Below, one piece after another: positions 1-12,132 of a stretch of DNA of 64,000 nucleotides. Every line of letters starts with the position of its first letter. Within the stretch, counting starts at the first letter, position 1. The position numbers and the translations under genes are program-made. The notes under the pieces were generated by a model. It saw only the letters and a program-made list of their open reading frames with translations, had not been told where the DNA came from and ran no database searches. The DNA comes from Lepidodermella squamata (lineage: Eukaryota; Animalia; Gastrotricha), in assembly GCA_047495785.1 (NCBI GenBank), contig JBLDXI010000046.1, forward strand, positions 496,001 through 560,000, written 5' to 3'.

Positions 1-586
1 AATAAAGTGTGCGTTTGCTTTGAGGCTTATCAGGCTTACGACTACAACACCGGCCTGTGCGCCGCACGGCAAATCGGTGATTCATGCTCGAATGACGCTG
101 ACTGCGCTATTACGCGTGGTAGTCCGAACTATTTGGTCTGCCGTAGTGGAAAATGCGCCTGTGATACGGCCGTTAGTAATGAAACCGAGTACCGTGAATA
201 CAACGACGACTGGAACAGCTTCGACACCAAGCGAGCTTGCTTCGGCAAGAATGCCGCGCTTAACCTGAAACAGGGTGAAAGATGCGACCAAAAACCGAGC
301 AATGATAACTACCTAGCGCCTAAGGTTTGCGAGAAGTCACTGGTATGCTTTGCTTGCATGGAGGATAGCGGACTGTGCCGTGAGTTTTTGAAACGGAAAT
401 GTTTAATATCTGAGAATTGAATTCTTTCAATTCTTTCCAGGCAAGTTCAACGGACCCACACAGCCCACTGGAAAGTCGGCTGATCAATGCGGGCGCAAAA
501 AGTTCGTCTATTCGGGCCAGCCTCGTTTGTCCTCCGGCTCAGCATCCGTCATAGCTGCCGTTTTGCTCATTGCTTCTGCTTTTTGA
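1..586 (+). CDS. Cys-rich EB-module-like cell-surface protein, array copy 1 (5' part outside window)
   Basis: ORF 7-420 has the G-x-x-C-x-x-D-x-x-C...LVC...C-x-C pattern shared with copies 2-5. Intron 380-440 (gtgagt...ttccag). Last exon 441-586 encodes KFNGP...CGRKKF...AAVLLIASAF*, a hydrophobic GPI-signal-like C-terminus. Confidence 0.85.
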
Positions 587-921
587 TGATAACTCACTTG
601 ATTTGTAGCAATAGCATCTGACGTCAGACTGAATAATGACGATGCTTTCGATATTGCAACGCCTAGCTTTACACATTTCCAATTGAAAAAACTCATTCAT
701 GTATTACCGGTAATATGTAAACATTCGAATATTCGTCATATAAAGTGAAATGTTACGATTAATTTGCCACATGCCCTCAATTACGAAATATAGTTTCTAG
801 ATCTTAGTTGAGGATACAGTATGAGGTTACTTTCGACCAGCAGTCTGGGCTACGTCATAAGACGAAGAGCTGTTTAATAACTTCAAATACTTCAAACATG
901 AATCTAAAAAAGTCGCTAAAG

Positions 922-1058
922 AACTTTTTGGCTATTCGTTATTCCTACATATTTTCGGCTTTCAACTGAATTGTAATTCAGGTTAGGATTAGGGTTAGGA
1001 ATAGTTAGGCTAAGGTTGGGTTTGAGATTTGAGAATATTTACGAATAGCCAAATAGTT
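922..1058. repeat. Small element with 18-bp inverted ends around degenerate TTAGG(G)-like repeats
   Basis: aactttttggctattcgt (922-939) vs acgaatagccaaatagtt (1041-1058) is a 17/18 inverted match. Core ggttaggattagggttaggaatagttaggctaaggttggg at 981-1020. Confidence 0.55.
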
Positions 1059-1074
1059 GAACAACATAACTATG

Positions 1075-1195
1075 TCAGTGCGATAAGAGGATACCTAATA
1101 CTAATCAATCAATGCTTCTCTTACATATTGCATTGAACGTCCTTTGAATAATCGCTTAGCCGTAACATATGGTTCCATATCGGAACCAATTGGGA
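1075..1195 (+). pseudogene. Degenerate fragment of the Cys-rich family, resembling copy 3
   Basis: taatcgctta(g/a)ccgtaac...catatcggaaccaattggga matches ~6479-6524; aagaggatac...aatcaatgc matches ~6415-6440. Confidence 0.6.
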
Positions 1196-1199
1196 CATT

Positions 1200-2330
1200 G
1201 GACATGCGATGACTTCGCTTTCCGAGACTAACAAATATCATCTTCCGCTTGGCCGCACGGGCCTGATGCACGCGGTGGGCGACACGAACTGGAATGTCAA
1301 ATGTCAGCCGCCGAGTGATGTTCACGAAAAGCATATTGATTGTCCGGGAGGAGATGGTGAGGCTCCAACTACTGGGCTATTCAACGCGCGATAGCAGCGG
1401 TAGCAGAGGACGCTGCGACGACGAGCACGCGGCTTCCCCGACTTATGCACGGCCACGGCAACTGCCTCCTTCCAATCCCGCAGTGTGTATTGGCTGCCGA
1501 GCATATGCTGTAGAGCAGACGAATGTGAATCTGTAGAGGCACACCTCCCCACTTATAAAAGACGTTGCCGACACCGTTGAGTCCAGGGGCTCTGAAAGGC
1601 TTCAGGTTATCAATTGCGCTAGCATGCGCTGGCGGACACTGAATTCCTGCGGACCTGCGGGCTTCGACGAGAGCAGCGTTGATTGCACGGCGGTACTCGG
1701 TGAAGCGAAGGATCGGTTCGCAAGCTGAGGGAGTCGGATCGCACCGAGAAGGTACGCTGGTAGTCCTTACGATCAGCCCGGGAGAATTCGAACCGAAGGG
1801 TGGGTTCACGACTGGGCAGGACGCGCTTAACGCCAAGCAGCGGCATCTCAAAGAGTGTAGAATTTCTGAAGTGATCACTCTCCAGCCGATTGCCGATGGT
1901 AATAGATCCACTGAGCAGCTGACGGACAGCTACATTTACCACCCAGACATCGAGTGTCGACAAGCTATTCCAGTGTGCGGATTCCAGAAATCATTTGTGC
2001 CGCACAGAGAGGAGCATTCAAATCACCCGCAGAAACACAGTGTAGTCGATAGTCGATGGAGGGCGGCATCGGGAGGGAAGCTCAGATCCAAGTCGGAAGA
2101 GGGCGGGCAGTAGCCGCTAACAATCCGCAGGAGAGCAGCACGAAGATCGGGGATAACATTTAGACAGATCCACTCACTGCGCTTGCGGCCAGCCATAGCC
2201 AGCTTACGCTCCCTCCCTTACGGTAACTCCCTCCCTATCTAGAAAGGCGGCACCCCAACAGGACACAGGACCCATTATAAAGTAATCCACCCGGGGCCTG
2301 CTCTCTATCACACCGAAAGACTGCATAACC
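1200..2330 (-). mobile_element. Degenerate non-LTR retrotransposon ORF2 fragment (APE endonuclease + start of RT)
   Basis: Minus-strand motifs in the expected order across frameshifts. APE: GYAVFRCDR...GG, IVSGYCPP, GDLNA, TLDVWVVN...SDH. RT subdomains 0-3: LKPFRAPGLNGV, DWKEAVAVAVHKSGK, LPDNQYAFREHHSAADI, KRKMIFVSL. Truncated at both ends. Confidence 0.85.
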
Positions 2331-2364
2331 ATGAATGAATGAATGAATGAATGAATGAATGAAT
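2331..2364 (+). repeat. (ATGA)n microsatellite at the retroelement junction
   Basis: About 8.5 perfect ATGA units. Confidence 0.95.
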
Positions 2365-2365
2365 A

Positions 2366-2620
2366 CATCGAAGATGGCGAGAAAGGACTTTGCCGTGAGC
2401 TATTAAGGTGGACAATTTTTTGAATAAATTAATATTGACCTCGACAGAGAAGTCCAATGGACCTTCGGCTGATCAATGCGGACGCCAGAAGTTTGCCTAT
2501 TCGGGTCCGAAGCCGTTGGAAAGTACCCCGATATAGACCATTGACAGTAAGAACGGCGCGCCTTCAGGCATCTCCTCAGACTCAGTCCTAGCAGCGGTCT
2601 TGCTCATTGTTTCACCTTAA
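2366..2620 (+). pseudogene. 3' fragment of the Cys-rich family, resembling copy 4
   Basis: gaagatggcgagaaaggact.tgccgtgag matches ~10582-10610. The last-exon homologue carries an in-frame TAG where copy 4 has AAG (GTC AAG ACC > ATA TAG ACC). Confidence 0.8.
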
Positions 2621-3266
2621 CATTACTTGAACGTAATGATATTAGTGATATTATCTGATTTCGTAAATTATGTCGTCGTCACAAAATGGAAGATGGCTAA
2701 GAAACAAGAACTAAGGATTGAGAGAGGCGGACTTAACACATTTCCTCAAGAGTAGCAAGAAGATTCTCGTAAATAAGTATAACAGCAAGACAAACCAGTC
2801 AGCCTTCTGTGTTGAATTGAATATATGCATACCTGATAGCGAAACGCTGCCCGGCTTAAGGTCGCTCTATTGAAGACTATACGTAAACGCACTCGTGAAT
2901 TTCAGTAGTGCTATACGTCAAATTTTACAGCTCGGTGATTACGCAAAGTAAAAAATGTGTTCTATCTCTCGTGCTCTAGTCTCTAAAGTTCTGAACCGCA
3001 AAAAATGCGGCCGTCCGCGCGTTTGTTGTGATAGAAAGAAATTCGGGCTTGATGGTGATGCCAGTGTGAGACGAACATTAAACTATACCCGGTGAGCGTG
3101 CACTGAGGCAATTCTACTGTATAAGCGCAAGAAGCAAGAATTTCATAGTAATGATAATGTACCTTACCGTCGTTCAACGCTGTAATCTATTCTCTAACAC
3201 TTTTTAAACGCCAGATAGATATTTTTTCTATACTACAATTTTCTCTTTTATTTAACTTTAAGCAAC

Positions 3267-4502
3267 ATGTTAGCGAGCGTAATTCTGGTAGGATTTTGAA
3301 AAATATCAATTTCTCTGAAATTTCCCCCGGAAAATTAGCCGTTGTTTATTGCATCGAGCGCGCTGGGGCAACGCCTGTCCACAAGTAAATCAAATGTTAC
3401 ACTGCTAAGCTTAGTTTTAATCTGTTTTCGATCTCTAGATTGCACGGATGCCTCAGTGAAATGCCCACAAAATCAAAGATGCGAATCATTCTCGACTTTT
3501 GTCTGTTCAGCCATACAGACAATCTATTTTTCTATTTAAAATCCCAACTCTAGGACCCACCATGCAAGACTAAGGCTTGCGTTTGTAACGATTGCGCTGT
3601 TCGAGGAGAATATGGCGATGATTGTGTTCCGAGTATTATTTTTCTACATAAAATTGCAGACTTCATTTCATTTCTTTCTTCTCAGCTTCCTATGTCAACT
3701 CGATAAACGCAACCTGCACATCTACCCCTGGCGTTGTTGTAACCATACCCAGCGCGGCCTGTGATACGGAATCGAACAAAACCCGGTGCCTCATGGGCAC
3801 ATTTGGCAATGGCTGTCATCCTGGGGCATTATGCTCAAATAGCAGTTCATGTCTTGGCTACAACCATCAATGCGAGAAGAGTTGGTGTAGATGCAAGGAG
3901 GCGAATGAGTACTTCGACTACAACATCGGCAGATGCGGCGAACGACAACTCGACGAAATCTGCATGAGTGACAGTGACTGCGCTGTTACGTCCACTCCGA
4001 AGAACTACATGGTCTGCCGCAATTACAAATGCACCTGTGATACGGCCGTTTCTGTTGAAACCGAGTACCGTGTGTACAGTGCGGAATGGAATAGCTACGA
4101 TGTCAAGCGTTCCTGTGTGAGCAAGAAGGCCACCGTTAACCTGAAACAGGGTGAACGATGCGACCAAGTCTTGAACGCTGCCAACTATGAAACGGCTAAG
4201 GTTTGCGAGAAATCACTGGTCTGCTTTGCGTGCATGGAGGACAGCGGACTGTGCCGTGAGTTATTAAGGTGTATTTTTTCAATCTGATTTTTACCAATAT
4301 TTTTCTAGGCAAGTTCAACGGACCCATTGGAAAGTCGGCTGATCAATGCGGTCGTCAAAAATTCGAGTTTTCAACGCCAAAGGCGTTTGGCGATGCCCCA
4401 ATCAAGACTGCTGCCTCGGCTAAGAGCGGTGTGACTGTCGTTGTATCCTCGGTCTCGGCGCCTATCACAGCTGCTATCTTGCTTATTGTTTCGGCTTATT
4501 AA
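3267..4502 (+). CDS. Cys-rich EB-module-like GPI-anchored protein, array copy 2 (6 exons)
   Basis: ATG 3267; signal peptide MLASVIL|PLFIASSALG; short GT-AG introns; large Cys-rich exon containing ORF 3793-4287; last exon 4309-4502 ends ...AAILLIVSAY*. Confidence 0.88.
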
Positions 4503-5459
4503 AAACTCTCTTGATTTCTATAGCAATAACATCCGACGTCGGAATGAATATGACGATGCTTTAAATTTATGCAATTCGAGCTTTACAAATTTTAAATTGA
4601 AATAACTCATTCATGTATTACCGGTAATTAACATCCATTATTCGTCAAATCAAAATAAAGTGAAATATTACAATTTCCCTTGACCTCAATTCTCAATTAC
4701 ATTACTGCGAGTGAGAGAAACTTTCAACAAGCCAGTGAGCGACTTTCAGAGGGCGTGAAGGTATCATCCCTCAGCTCGGCAAGACCGGAAAAGAAAATCA
4801 TTGTGGAACCACTCAAAAGTCCAATCCTGACGCGCACGCCTATTAGTCAATCGATCGTTGCTATGACTCCCGGATGAAACGTTCAGTCGCGCGATCCATA
4901 TCATGTTTTGCAACAAGTGTTTTATTTTGCCGCAGTAGTTTGCCACGACTAATATGGAGTTTACGCTCGTGGTCAATGGAAACCGTGCAGAGGGTGTGGC
5001 AAGGTCATTTTTTACATAAAATAAAAAATAATTTATCAGTGGATCGCACGATGGAAATGTTTCATCACGGAGTCTAGCAACGATCAATCGACCAATCAGC
5101 GTGCGCGCCAAAGTTCAACTTTTTAGTGGTTCCATAATGATGACAATTTTGAGAGGTTTTGGAGCGTTTTCCAGTCGGAAATCTTCACAATTTACTTGCT
5201 TCGCTCGTTTTTTGGTTGAAAATACAGGAGAACAAGGAAAAAAACCAATGAATTCACGCTTATTTTCGCTAGCATTAGCGAGCTCCTTGAAATTTATACC
5301 CTATACGTACCCTTTTTCACGCTTTATTTGAAAAGGCATCAAACTCATGCAAGTATTTTTTTATGCCCTATGAATTTATGGGATTTGAATTTTTTGAATT
5401 TTTGAATGCGCGTGTGCATATATTTAAATTAGGGAAGAAATGAAACATCAGAAATCAGG

Positions 5460-5527
5460 ATCCCTCGGGAGGGAACCATGGTTGCCGCTTTTACAGCCGG
5501 GGATTCTAACCGCTTTACTACCAAGGC
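5460..5527 (-). other. Degenerate tRNA-derived sequence (pseudo-tRNA or SINE head, Asp/Glu-like)
   Basis: Minus strand gccttggtagtaaagcggttagaatccccggctgt...ggttccctcccgaggga has A-box-like and degenerate B-box motifs at tRNA spacing, but no intact cloverleaf. Confidence 0.35.
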
Positions 5528-6056
5528 TGTGTTGCAAGATGCGTATAATCATCGCCTTTCTCAATTCAAATCCTCCAAAATGTAATGTACAGGGCCAAAT
5601 CTCCAAAACCGAAAATTAATGACCACCGAACATTAGTAGATATACAGTATATAGCCCAGTTCCTTAGCTAGAATATGAGCCGTTAAACAGCGAATCAAAT
5701 AAGTTTTTTCTTTTCAAGTTTGCGCATCTATGAAGATAAATTTTTGGCAACGAGGAGTCGCAACTTCCAAGCGTTAGACTGATTTCATATTTCCCAGGTA
5801 GAATCAATATCGGCATTCATAAGCAGGATTGTTCAGATGTGTTGGCTAGAAAAGAATTCGGCCATATGAAAAAACAGCGAATAAGCTATTCAAACTCCGG
5901 CATTTTTTCACCTCGTATACGTATAAAGTACGATAGTGCAAAGCCATTCATTACATCTACACTAGCGTGTATTTGTAATAATATAGTTTCTTCAAAACAT
6001 GTGAACCTGCACATACCTTATTACACAACATCATGGCTATAAATCCCGCTGGCAAA

Positions 6057-7301
6057 ATGTGCATTCGATTATACCTGGTCAGTGAACCACATATCATATT
6101 TGTAAATTCTGATTATTAATGTCAATTTTTTTTAAAGGTCCTGTATTTTATTACTTTTAATTCATCTCTAATTGCTGCTCAGCATTTTTATAGTTCGAGT
6201 CTGTTCATTTATGTCGTGACTGAACTTACGAACTAAACTGCCTTTTTCATATCAGATTGCACGGAAGTTGGCTCAAATTGCCCCGAGAATGAATATTGCG
6301 AGTCTTTTCAAGCTATGGTAAATATTTCTCTTGAGATCTTGCCTATTGGTCTACTTATTATGGATTAGGACCCACCCTGCTCATCGAAAGCCTGTATGTG
6401 CAATGCCTGTGCGAAAAGAGGATACTTATTCAATCAATGCCTGACGAGTAAGAAATATTGCATCGCATATTCTTTGATTAATCGCTTAACCGTAACCCAT
6501 AGTGTCATATCGGAACCAATTGGGAGATTCCTGTACCGGCAGTGAGAATGAGGTTATCACAATTCCACGAGCCGAGTGCGACACGGGGAAGAAACAAGTC
6601 TCCTGTACGGTTGGCAAACAAGGCAACGGTTGTAGTTCTGGGTTTAATTGCGACAAAGGCGGGATGTGTTTAGGCTACAATTCCAAATGCGTCGCAAATC
6701 AATGCGTTTGCCAATTCGATCACGAATATTTCGATCCAAATGAAGGCAGCTGTGTGCCGCGAAAAATCGGCGACTACTGCAATGAATTATCCGACTGCCA
6801 GAATGCAGCCTCCTTAACGCCGAATTTTCTTGTGTGCTCAGCTATCAACGGAACTAAAACTTGCAATTGCGACATGGCTAAATCTGTCGTAACTCAAGTG
6901 ACCACTTTTTCTGAAGATTGGAATGAGCTGGTTACGGGGAACGTTTGCCTGCCTAATGGGTCGAGAATTCACCTGGGCAAGGGCGAATCTTGCACTATGA
7001 ACTATGAGCGTTTCATTGGTTCGAGCACAATCAAAGTCTGCACGAGAAATTTGGTTTGTTTTCAATGCCCCGAAGAGGCGGATTCTGCTGAAGGCAAATG
7101 TCGTGAGTTACTCATTACGCAATGTAAAAATATTTTGAAATTTCTTTACTGATAGGCATTTTCCCTCAAAATCTGATCAAATCAGACGAAGCTTGTGGGG
7201 CGAAGAGGTTCATTTATTCGAAAGCTGATCGAAATCGTTTCAATTGCATCAGGACAACATCTTTGCTTTTGTTCATTTTAGTATTAGCTTTCCTTTCATA
7301 G
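6057..7301 (+). CDS. Cys-rich EB-module-like GPI-anchored protein, array copy 3
   Basis: TATA (tataaa ~6038) and ATG 6057 (MCIRLYL|VLYFITF...). Same exon pattern as copy 2. Main exon within ORF 6502-7152; last exon 7156-7301 ends ...LLLFILVLAFLS*. Confidence 0.85.
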
Positions 7302-9024
7302 AGATAATCGCTACAATTTTCAAATAAAATGACTCGTTTATATTGGATTAGATTCAAAAATCGATAACAACTTGAGCGATCAAAACTTCATGGAGAATCA
7401 ACCCAAAGATTCACTATTTTTTTAAAAGCTGAGATCCAATTTCGGATGATAACTTAATTTGGTTATCAATTAGATCTACGATTCTTTACACCCAATTGAT
7501 CTTTCATCAGACCTAAAACCTAACACCTTTTCTGTTACAATGTTGTCACTTTCATAAACGCTCGTAACTCCAATCAACCCAAGTTTCACGGCAGTGATGG
7601 GAAATAGGGATCAATTTTTTCATATATCCTTCTCGACTTCATCCATGTTAATTTTCCGCAACTTTGACGATGGAAACATGAGAAGAATATCGTTTTGATT
7701 TTTCAACGCAGCAACGCAGCAGCAGCGTCCAACTTAGCCTTTTTTGTCGCTATAAAATATAAAAGATTTCATGTGAACTAATCAGGGTGCGATCTTGGAT
7801 CCCGGAGCTGCCAGGGATGGAGAATAAATTTTTTGCTGTATCTGCCAAAATTGTGAAGATTTCCCACCAACCATCAAAACACGCTCCAAAATATACCTCT
7901 CAAAATATACGAAACAGAGGGATGTTCTCATTTTGTTGGCCGAGCTGGGTGAGATGATCCCCCATCCCCGTGAAAGTCGCACGTCGCTTCCTTCTTCGTC
8001 TCAGAAATCCATTCGATATTTAGCGATACAATTTTCTAAAGCTTATTCAAAGCATTTTGTAAACCTGTCTGCCAAATTTGCAGCTCTAAAATTCGAAACG
8101 CCTGCTTTAGAATCGATCGGATAAGCGACAATTGCATCAGGACAACATCTTTGCTTTTGTTCATTTTAGTATTAGCTTTCCTTTCATAGAGATAATCGCT
8201 ACAATTTTCAAATAAAATGACTCGTTTATATTGGATTAGATTCAAAAATCGATAACAACTTGAGCGATCAAAACTTCATGGAGAATCAACCCAAAGATTC
8301 ACTATTTTTTTAAAAGCTGAGATCCAATTTCGGATGATAACTTAATTTGGTTATCAATTAGATCTACGATTCTTTACACCCAATTGATCTTTCATCAGAC
8401 CTAAAACCTAACACCTTTTCTGTTACAATGTTGTCACTTTCATAAACGCTCGTAACTCCAATCAACCCAAGTTTCACGGCAGTGATGGGAAATAGGGATC
8501 AATTTTTTCATATATCCTTCTCGACTTCATCCATGTTAATTTTCCGCAACTTTGACGATGGAAACATGAGAAGAATATCGTTTTGATTTTTCAACGCAGC
8601 AACGCAGCAGCAGCGTCCAACTTAGCCTTTTTTGTCGCTATAAAATATAAAATATAAAAGATTTCATGTGAACTAATCAGGGTGCGATCTTGGATCCCGG
8701 AGCTGCCAGGGATGGAGAATAAATTTTTTGCTGTATCTGCCAAAATTGTGAAGATTTCCCACCAACCATCAAAACACGCTCCAAAATATACCTCTCAAAA
8801 TATACGAAACAGAGGGATGTTCTCATTTTGTTGGCCGAGCTGGGTGAGATGATCCCCCCATCCCCGTGAAAGTCGCACGTCGCTTCCTTCTTCGTCTCAG
8901 AAATCCATTCGATATTTAGCGATACAATTTTCTAAAGCTTATTCAAAGCATTTTGTAAACCTGTCTGCCAAATTTGCAGCTCTAAAATTCGAAACGCCTG
9001 CTTTAGAATCGATCGGATAAGCGA
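7241..9024 (+). repeat. Near-identical direct tandem duplication (units 7241-8128 and 8129-9024)
   Basis: 888-bp period. The visible differences are an extra 7-nt slippage unit (~8640) and one extra C in a poly-C run (~8855). 2-nt CA microhomology at the junction. Confidence 0.95.
7810..7875 (-). mobile_element. Possible hAT transposase dimerisation-domain relic (second copy ~8705-8770)
   Basis: Minus frame reads GWWEIFTILADTAKNLFSIPGSS, similar to the hAT C-terminal consensus WW...FP.LA..A...LSIPASS. Surrounding frames are broken. Confidence 0.5.
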
Positions 9025-9602
9025 CACCAAATTGGAGAGGGCGAGAGTGAGTTATTTGCACTTTTCCGTAGCTTCGATGAGTTCCAATAAATTGACCTTA
9101 AATTAATGCATCAACGCATGCCCGCCAGCCTCCTGTGTAAGCCTGATGATTTAACCATGCCTGGCCTACTGTCGTTCTTTGAAGGATTATATACGTAATA
9201 AACACGAACGTGAATTTGTGTAGTCTATTTGTCAAATTTTACTGCTCATTGAATACGCAAAGTAAAAAAATGCATTCTATCACACCTCAACATTCGTGTT
9301 CTAGTTCTAAAACGCATAAACTGCGGCCGTATACGCGCCATGTTGTGATAGAAAGAAATTCGGGCGTGTTGATGATACTAGTGTGAGGCGAACATCAAAC
9401 AATACCCGGTGAGCATGTACTGAGGCAATTATACTTACTGCATAAGCGCCAGAATGTCATAGGTAGTGATGATAATATAAATTGCCACTGTTCAAAGCTA
9501 TAATCAAATATATTTGCCGTACCTGTTACACTTTTTAAACGCCAACTAAAGATTATTTATCATTTTCATACAGTTCCCTCTTTCATTTAAAGTATAAGCA
9601 AC

Positions 9603-10848
9603 ATGTTAACGAGCCTAATTGTGGTGAGATATTTTCAAAATTCGCTTAAATTATATATCTTAAGTTCCATTTAAAATCAGACGGTGTGTCTAGCATCGAG
9701 CGCATTCGGGCAACGCCTGCTCACAAGTAAACCCCACGTGCAGAGTTTTGTTTTTATCCCTTAAAATTAATAGATTGCACCGATGCCTCGGTGAAATGCC
9801 CTCAAAATGAACGCTGCGAATCCTTCTCGACTTTCGTAAGGAATTTCGCTAGCCATACAACTATTTTGTTTTATTATAAAAAATATTCAGGACCCACCCT
9901 GCAAGTCGAAAGCTTGTGTTTGTAACGACTGCGCCATTCGAGCTCTTTTCAAGGACAACTGTGTTCCGAGTAAGCTTTCCCTGTCAAATCAGAGAAACAG
10001 GCATTTTCTTTGTTATCCCAGCCACCTACGTCAACACTCTAAACGCGACATGCGTCGCCGATAGCCCTGGCGTTGTCGTAACCGTACCCCGCGCGTCCTG
10101 TTTTGCTGAATCGAACAAATCACAGTGCATCCTTGATAATCAGGGAAATGGTTGCGAAGCTGGGACACAATGCGGCAAAGGAACCCTCGGCTTTTGCGCT
10201 GGTTACAACCGCAAATGCGTTCAGGATTGGTGCGTTTGCGTGGAGGAGAACGAAGTTTTCGACTACAACGCCGGCGGTTGTGTCGCTCGTCAAATCGGCG
10301 ATTCGTGCTCGAAAGACTCGGAATGCGCTATTACGACCGATAAGAAGAACTATTTGGTCTGCCGAAGTGGCAAATGCGCCTGCGATACGGCGGCTGGTGT
10401 TGAAACCGAGTACCGTGAATACAATGAAGATTGGAACAACTTCGATGTGAAACGTGTTTGTATGAGCAAGAGGGCGACTGTAAACCTGAAACAGGGTGAG
10501 AAGTGTGACCCTATTGTAAACAACTGGAACTTCGAGGCTGCGAGGGTTTGCGAAAAGTCACTTATTTGCTTCGCTTGCATGGAAGATGGCGAGAAAGGAC
10601 TGTGCCGTGAGTTTTTAAGGCGGATTTTTTAATCTGAATTTTACCATGAGACTTTTCCAGGCAAGTTCAATGGACCTATTGGTAAGTCGGCTGATCAATG
10701 CGGTCGTCAGAAGTTTGTCTATTCGGGTCCGAAGCCGTTGGAAAGTGCCCCGGTCAAGACCATTGCTGGCAAGAGCGGTGCGACTTCGGCTGTCTCTTCA
10801 GCATTAATCCCAGCCGCCGCCTTGCTCATTGCCTTAGCTTCCTATTAG
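9603..10848 (+). CDS. Cys-rich EB-module-like GPI-anchored protein, array copy 4
   Basis: ATG 9603 (MLTSLIV|TVCLASSAFG). About 400 bp upstream is homologous to the region upstream of copy 2. Main exon within ORF 9916-10632; last exon 10661-10848 ends ...AAALLIALASY*. Confidence 0.88.
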
Positions 10849-11430
10849 CATACTGTATCGATTTTGAGTGTTAGCATCTGATGTTAGACTGAATATGAAG
10901 ATGCTTTCGAAATCGCAGTTCATTGGAATATAACTCATTCAAGTAGTATGTAAGTACCGGTAAAAAGGATTCGAATAAACATTTTATATTTAAATTCACG
11001 TTTCTTTAATTTTCTGTTATCTTGACTTTTGACTTCAGAGCGAATTCAATAGCTGATTAGAAGTTTTGAAGAGAAAAGTTAGGAAAGGTTGACTGCGCAA
11101 CTCTTATTGATAATGCTAATTTTGCAAATAATTGGTTTATATTTCCGAAAATAAACCGAGGAAGTGCATTTTCTATGCATTAATGGCCATATCAACATGT
11201 TTCTCACGTTTAACGTTGATCACCTGAACTTTAAAGTGTCCATGGCTATCAGTTATCCTTTCTAAAAATCGCTGTACGATAAGTTTAATGAACTCAGAAA
11301 AACTAAAAATAAAATTCGTTGCGGTGAACAATTCCTAAAAATCATTTGAAATATGGAATTAATCAAAGGAGCGGTTGCCTTCGCAATTGCTCATAACATT
11401 ATTGAAATATTTAGAGATAGTGATTGAAAA

Positions 11431-11596
11431 CAGTGTGCAAAGTTGGATCCTGGAACTGCCGAAGTCTTTTCCATTTTCCAGAAGCCAGCCAACAAACCCT
11501 GAGGGCCCCCATTGAGGTTTTTTCGCCCTTCCTCTGTTTGGAATCCTGGAGCTTGGGGTGTCACGGCACCCCAGCAACCCTGTAAATCGCACCCTG
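11431..11596. mobile_element. Short dispersed MITE-like repeat (related ends at 7783, 8678, 42903)
   Basis: Shared 5' motif cag.g.gc.a...tggatcc.gga.ctgc at four loci. This copy ends in aatcgcaccctg, the inverse of cagggtgcgat. No TSD identified. Confidence 0.5.
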
Positions 11597-12132
11597 ACAT
11601 TGCTGACATGAAACGAGAGACATGTCAACCCTGGTAAAAATTATTGCTTGATGACTCCTAAAAATTCGCGTTCGACTATCCGTGTCGCTATAAGAACATT
11701 TCCCAGGTATAATTATGCACGCACAAGCATGTGATCGTCTCTTGCACGTTTCGAAATGAATCTGTGATTTCTTGCGAAGAAGCAACACACACCCATGCAT
11801 CTTGCATCTTGCGGCTTGTGACGACATCGGCGTAGGTGTGAGATTCACTCTGATTTTATTCAGTTTCCATCACACTACCCGACATGTACATGAACTGGAT
11901 TAAGTCTTGAGACTGTAATTAACAAAAATATTCAAGGCGTGGTAGAAACGTGACTTCGGCTTCGAAATAAACTGAAATCGAGCTCGAAGGATGACTGACG
12001 CCTATGTCAGGACAAAAATGCGTGGTGTAGCAAAAATTAGCGCTACTAAATTCCTCAATTAACGCTCTAATTACTGGATCGTATCCTTTAAATTTGCAGT
12101 TTTCATTTGTTTTTGCCTCAATAAAATTCAAA

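Noticed and set aside
611-650. SECIS element or kink-turn in the 3' UTR (TGAC...AA...GATG)
   Set aside because: The upper helix is only ~4 bp and out of register, the motif is not kept in copy 2, and no in-frame UGA occurs inside the coding sequences.
1679-2113. 144-aa plus-strand ORF
   Set aside because: Antisense shadow of the minus-strand retrotransposon endonuclease relic.
4680-5331. Several 65-115 aa ORFs downstream of copy 2
   Set aside because: No recognisable motif, splice pattern or consistent frame; probably a decayed repeat.
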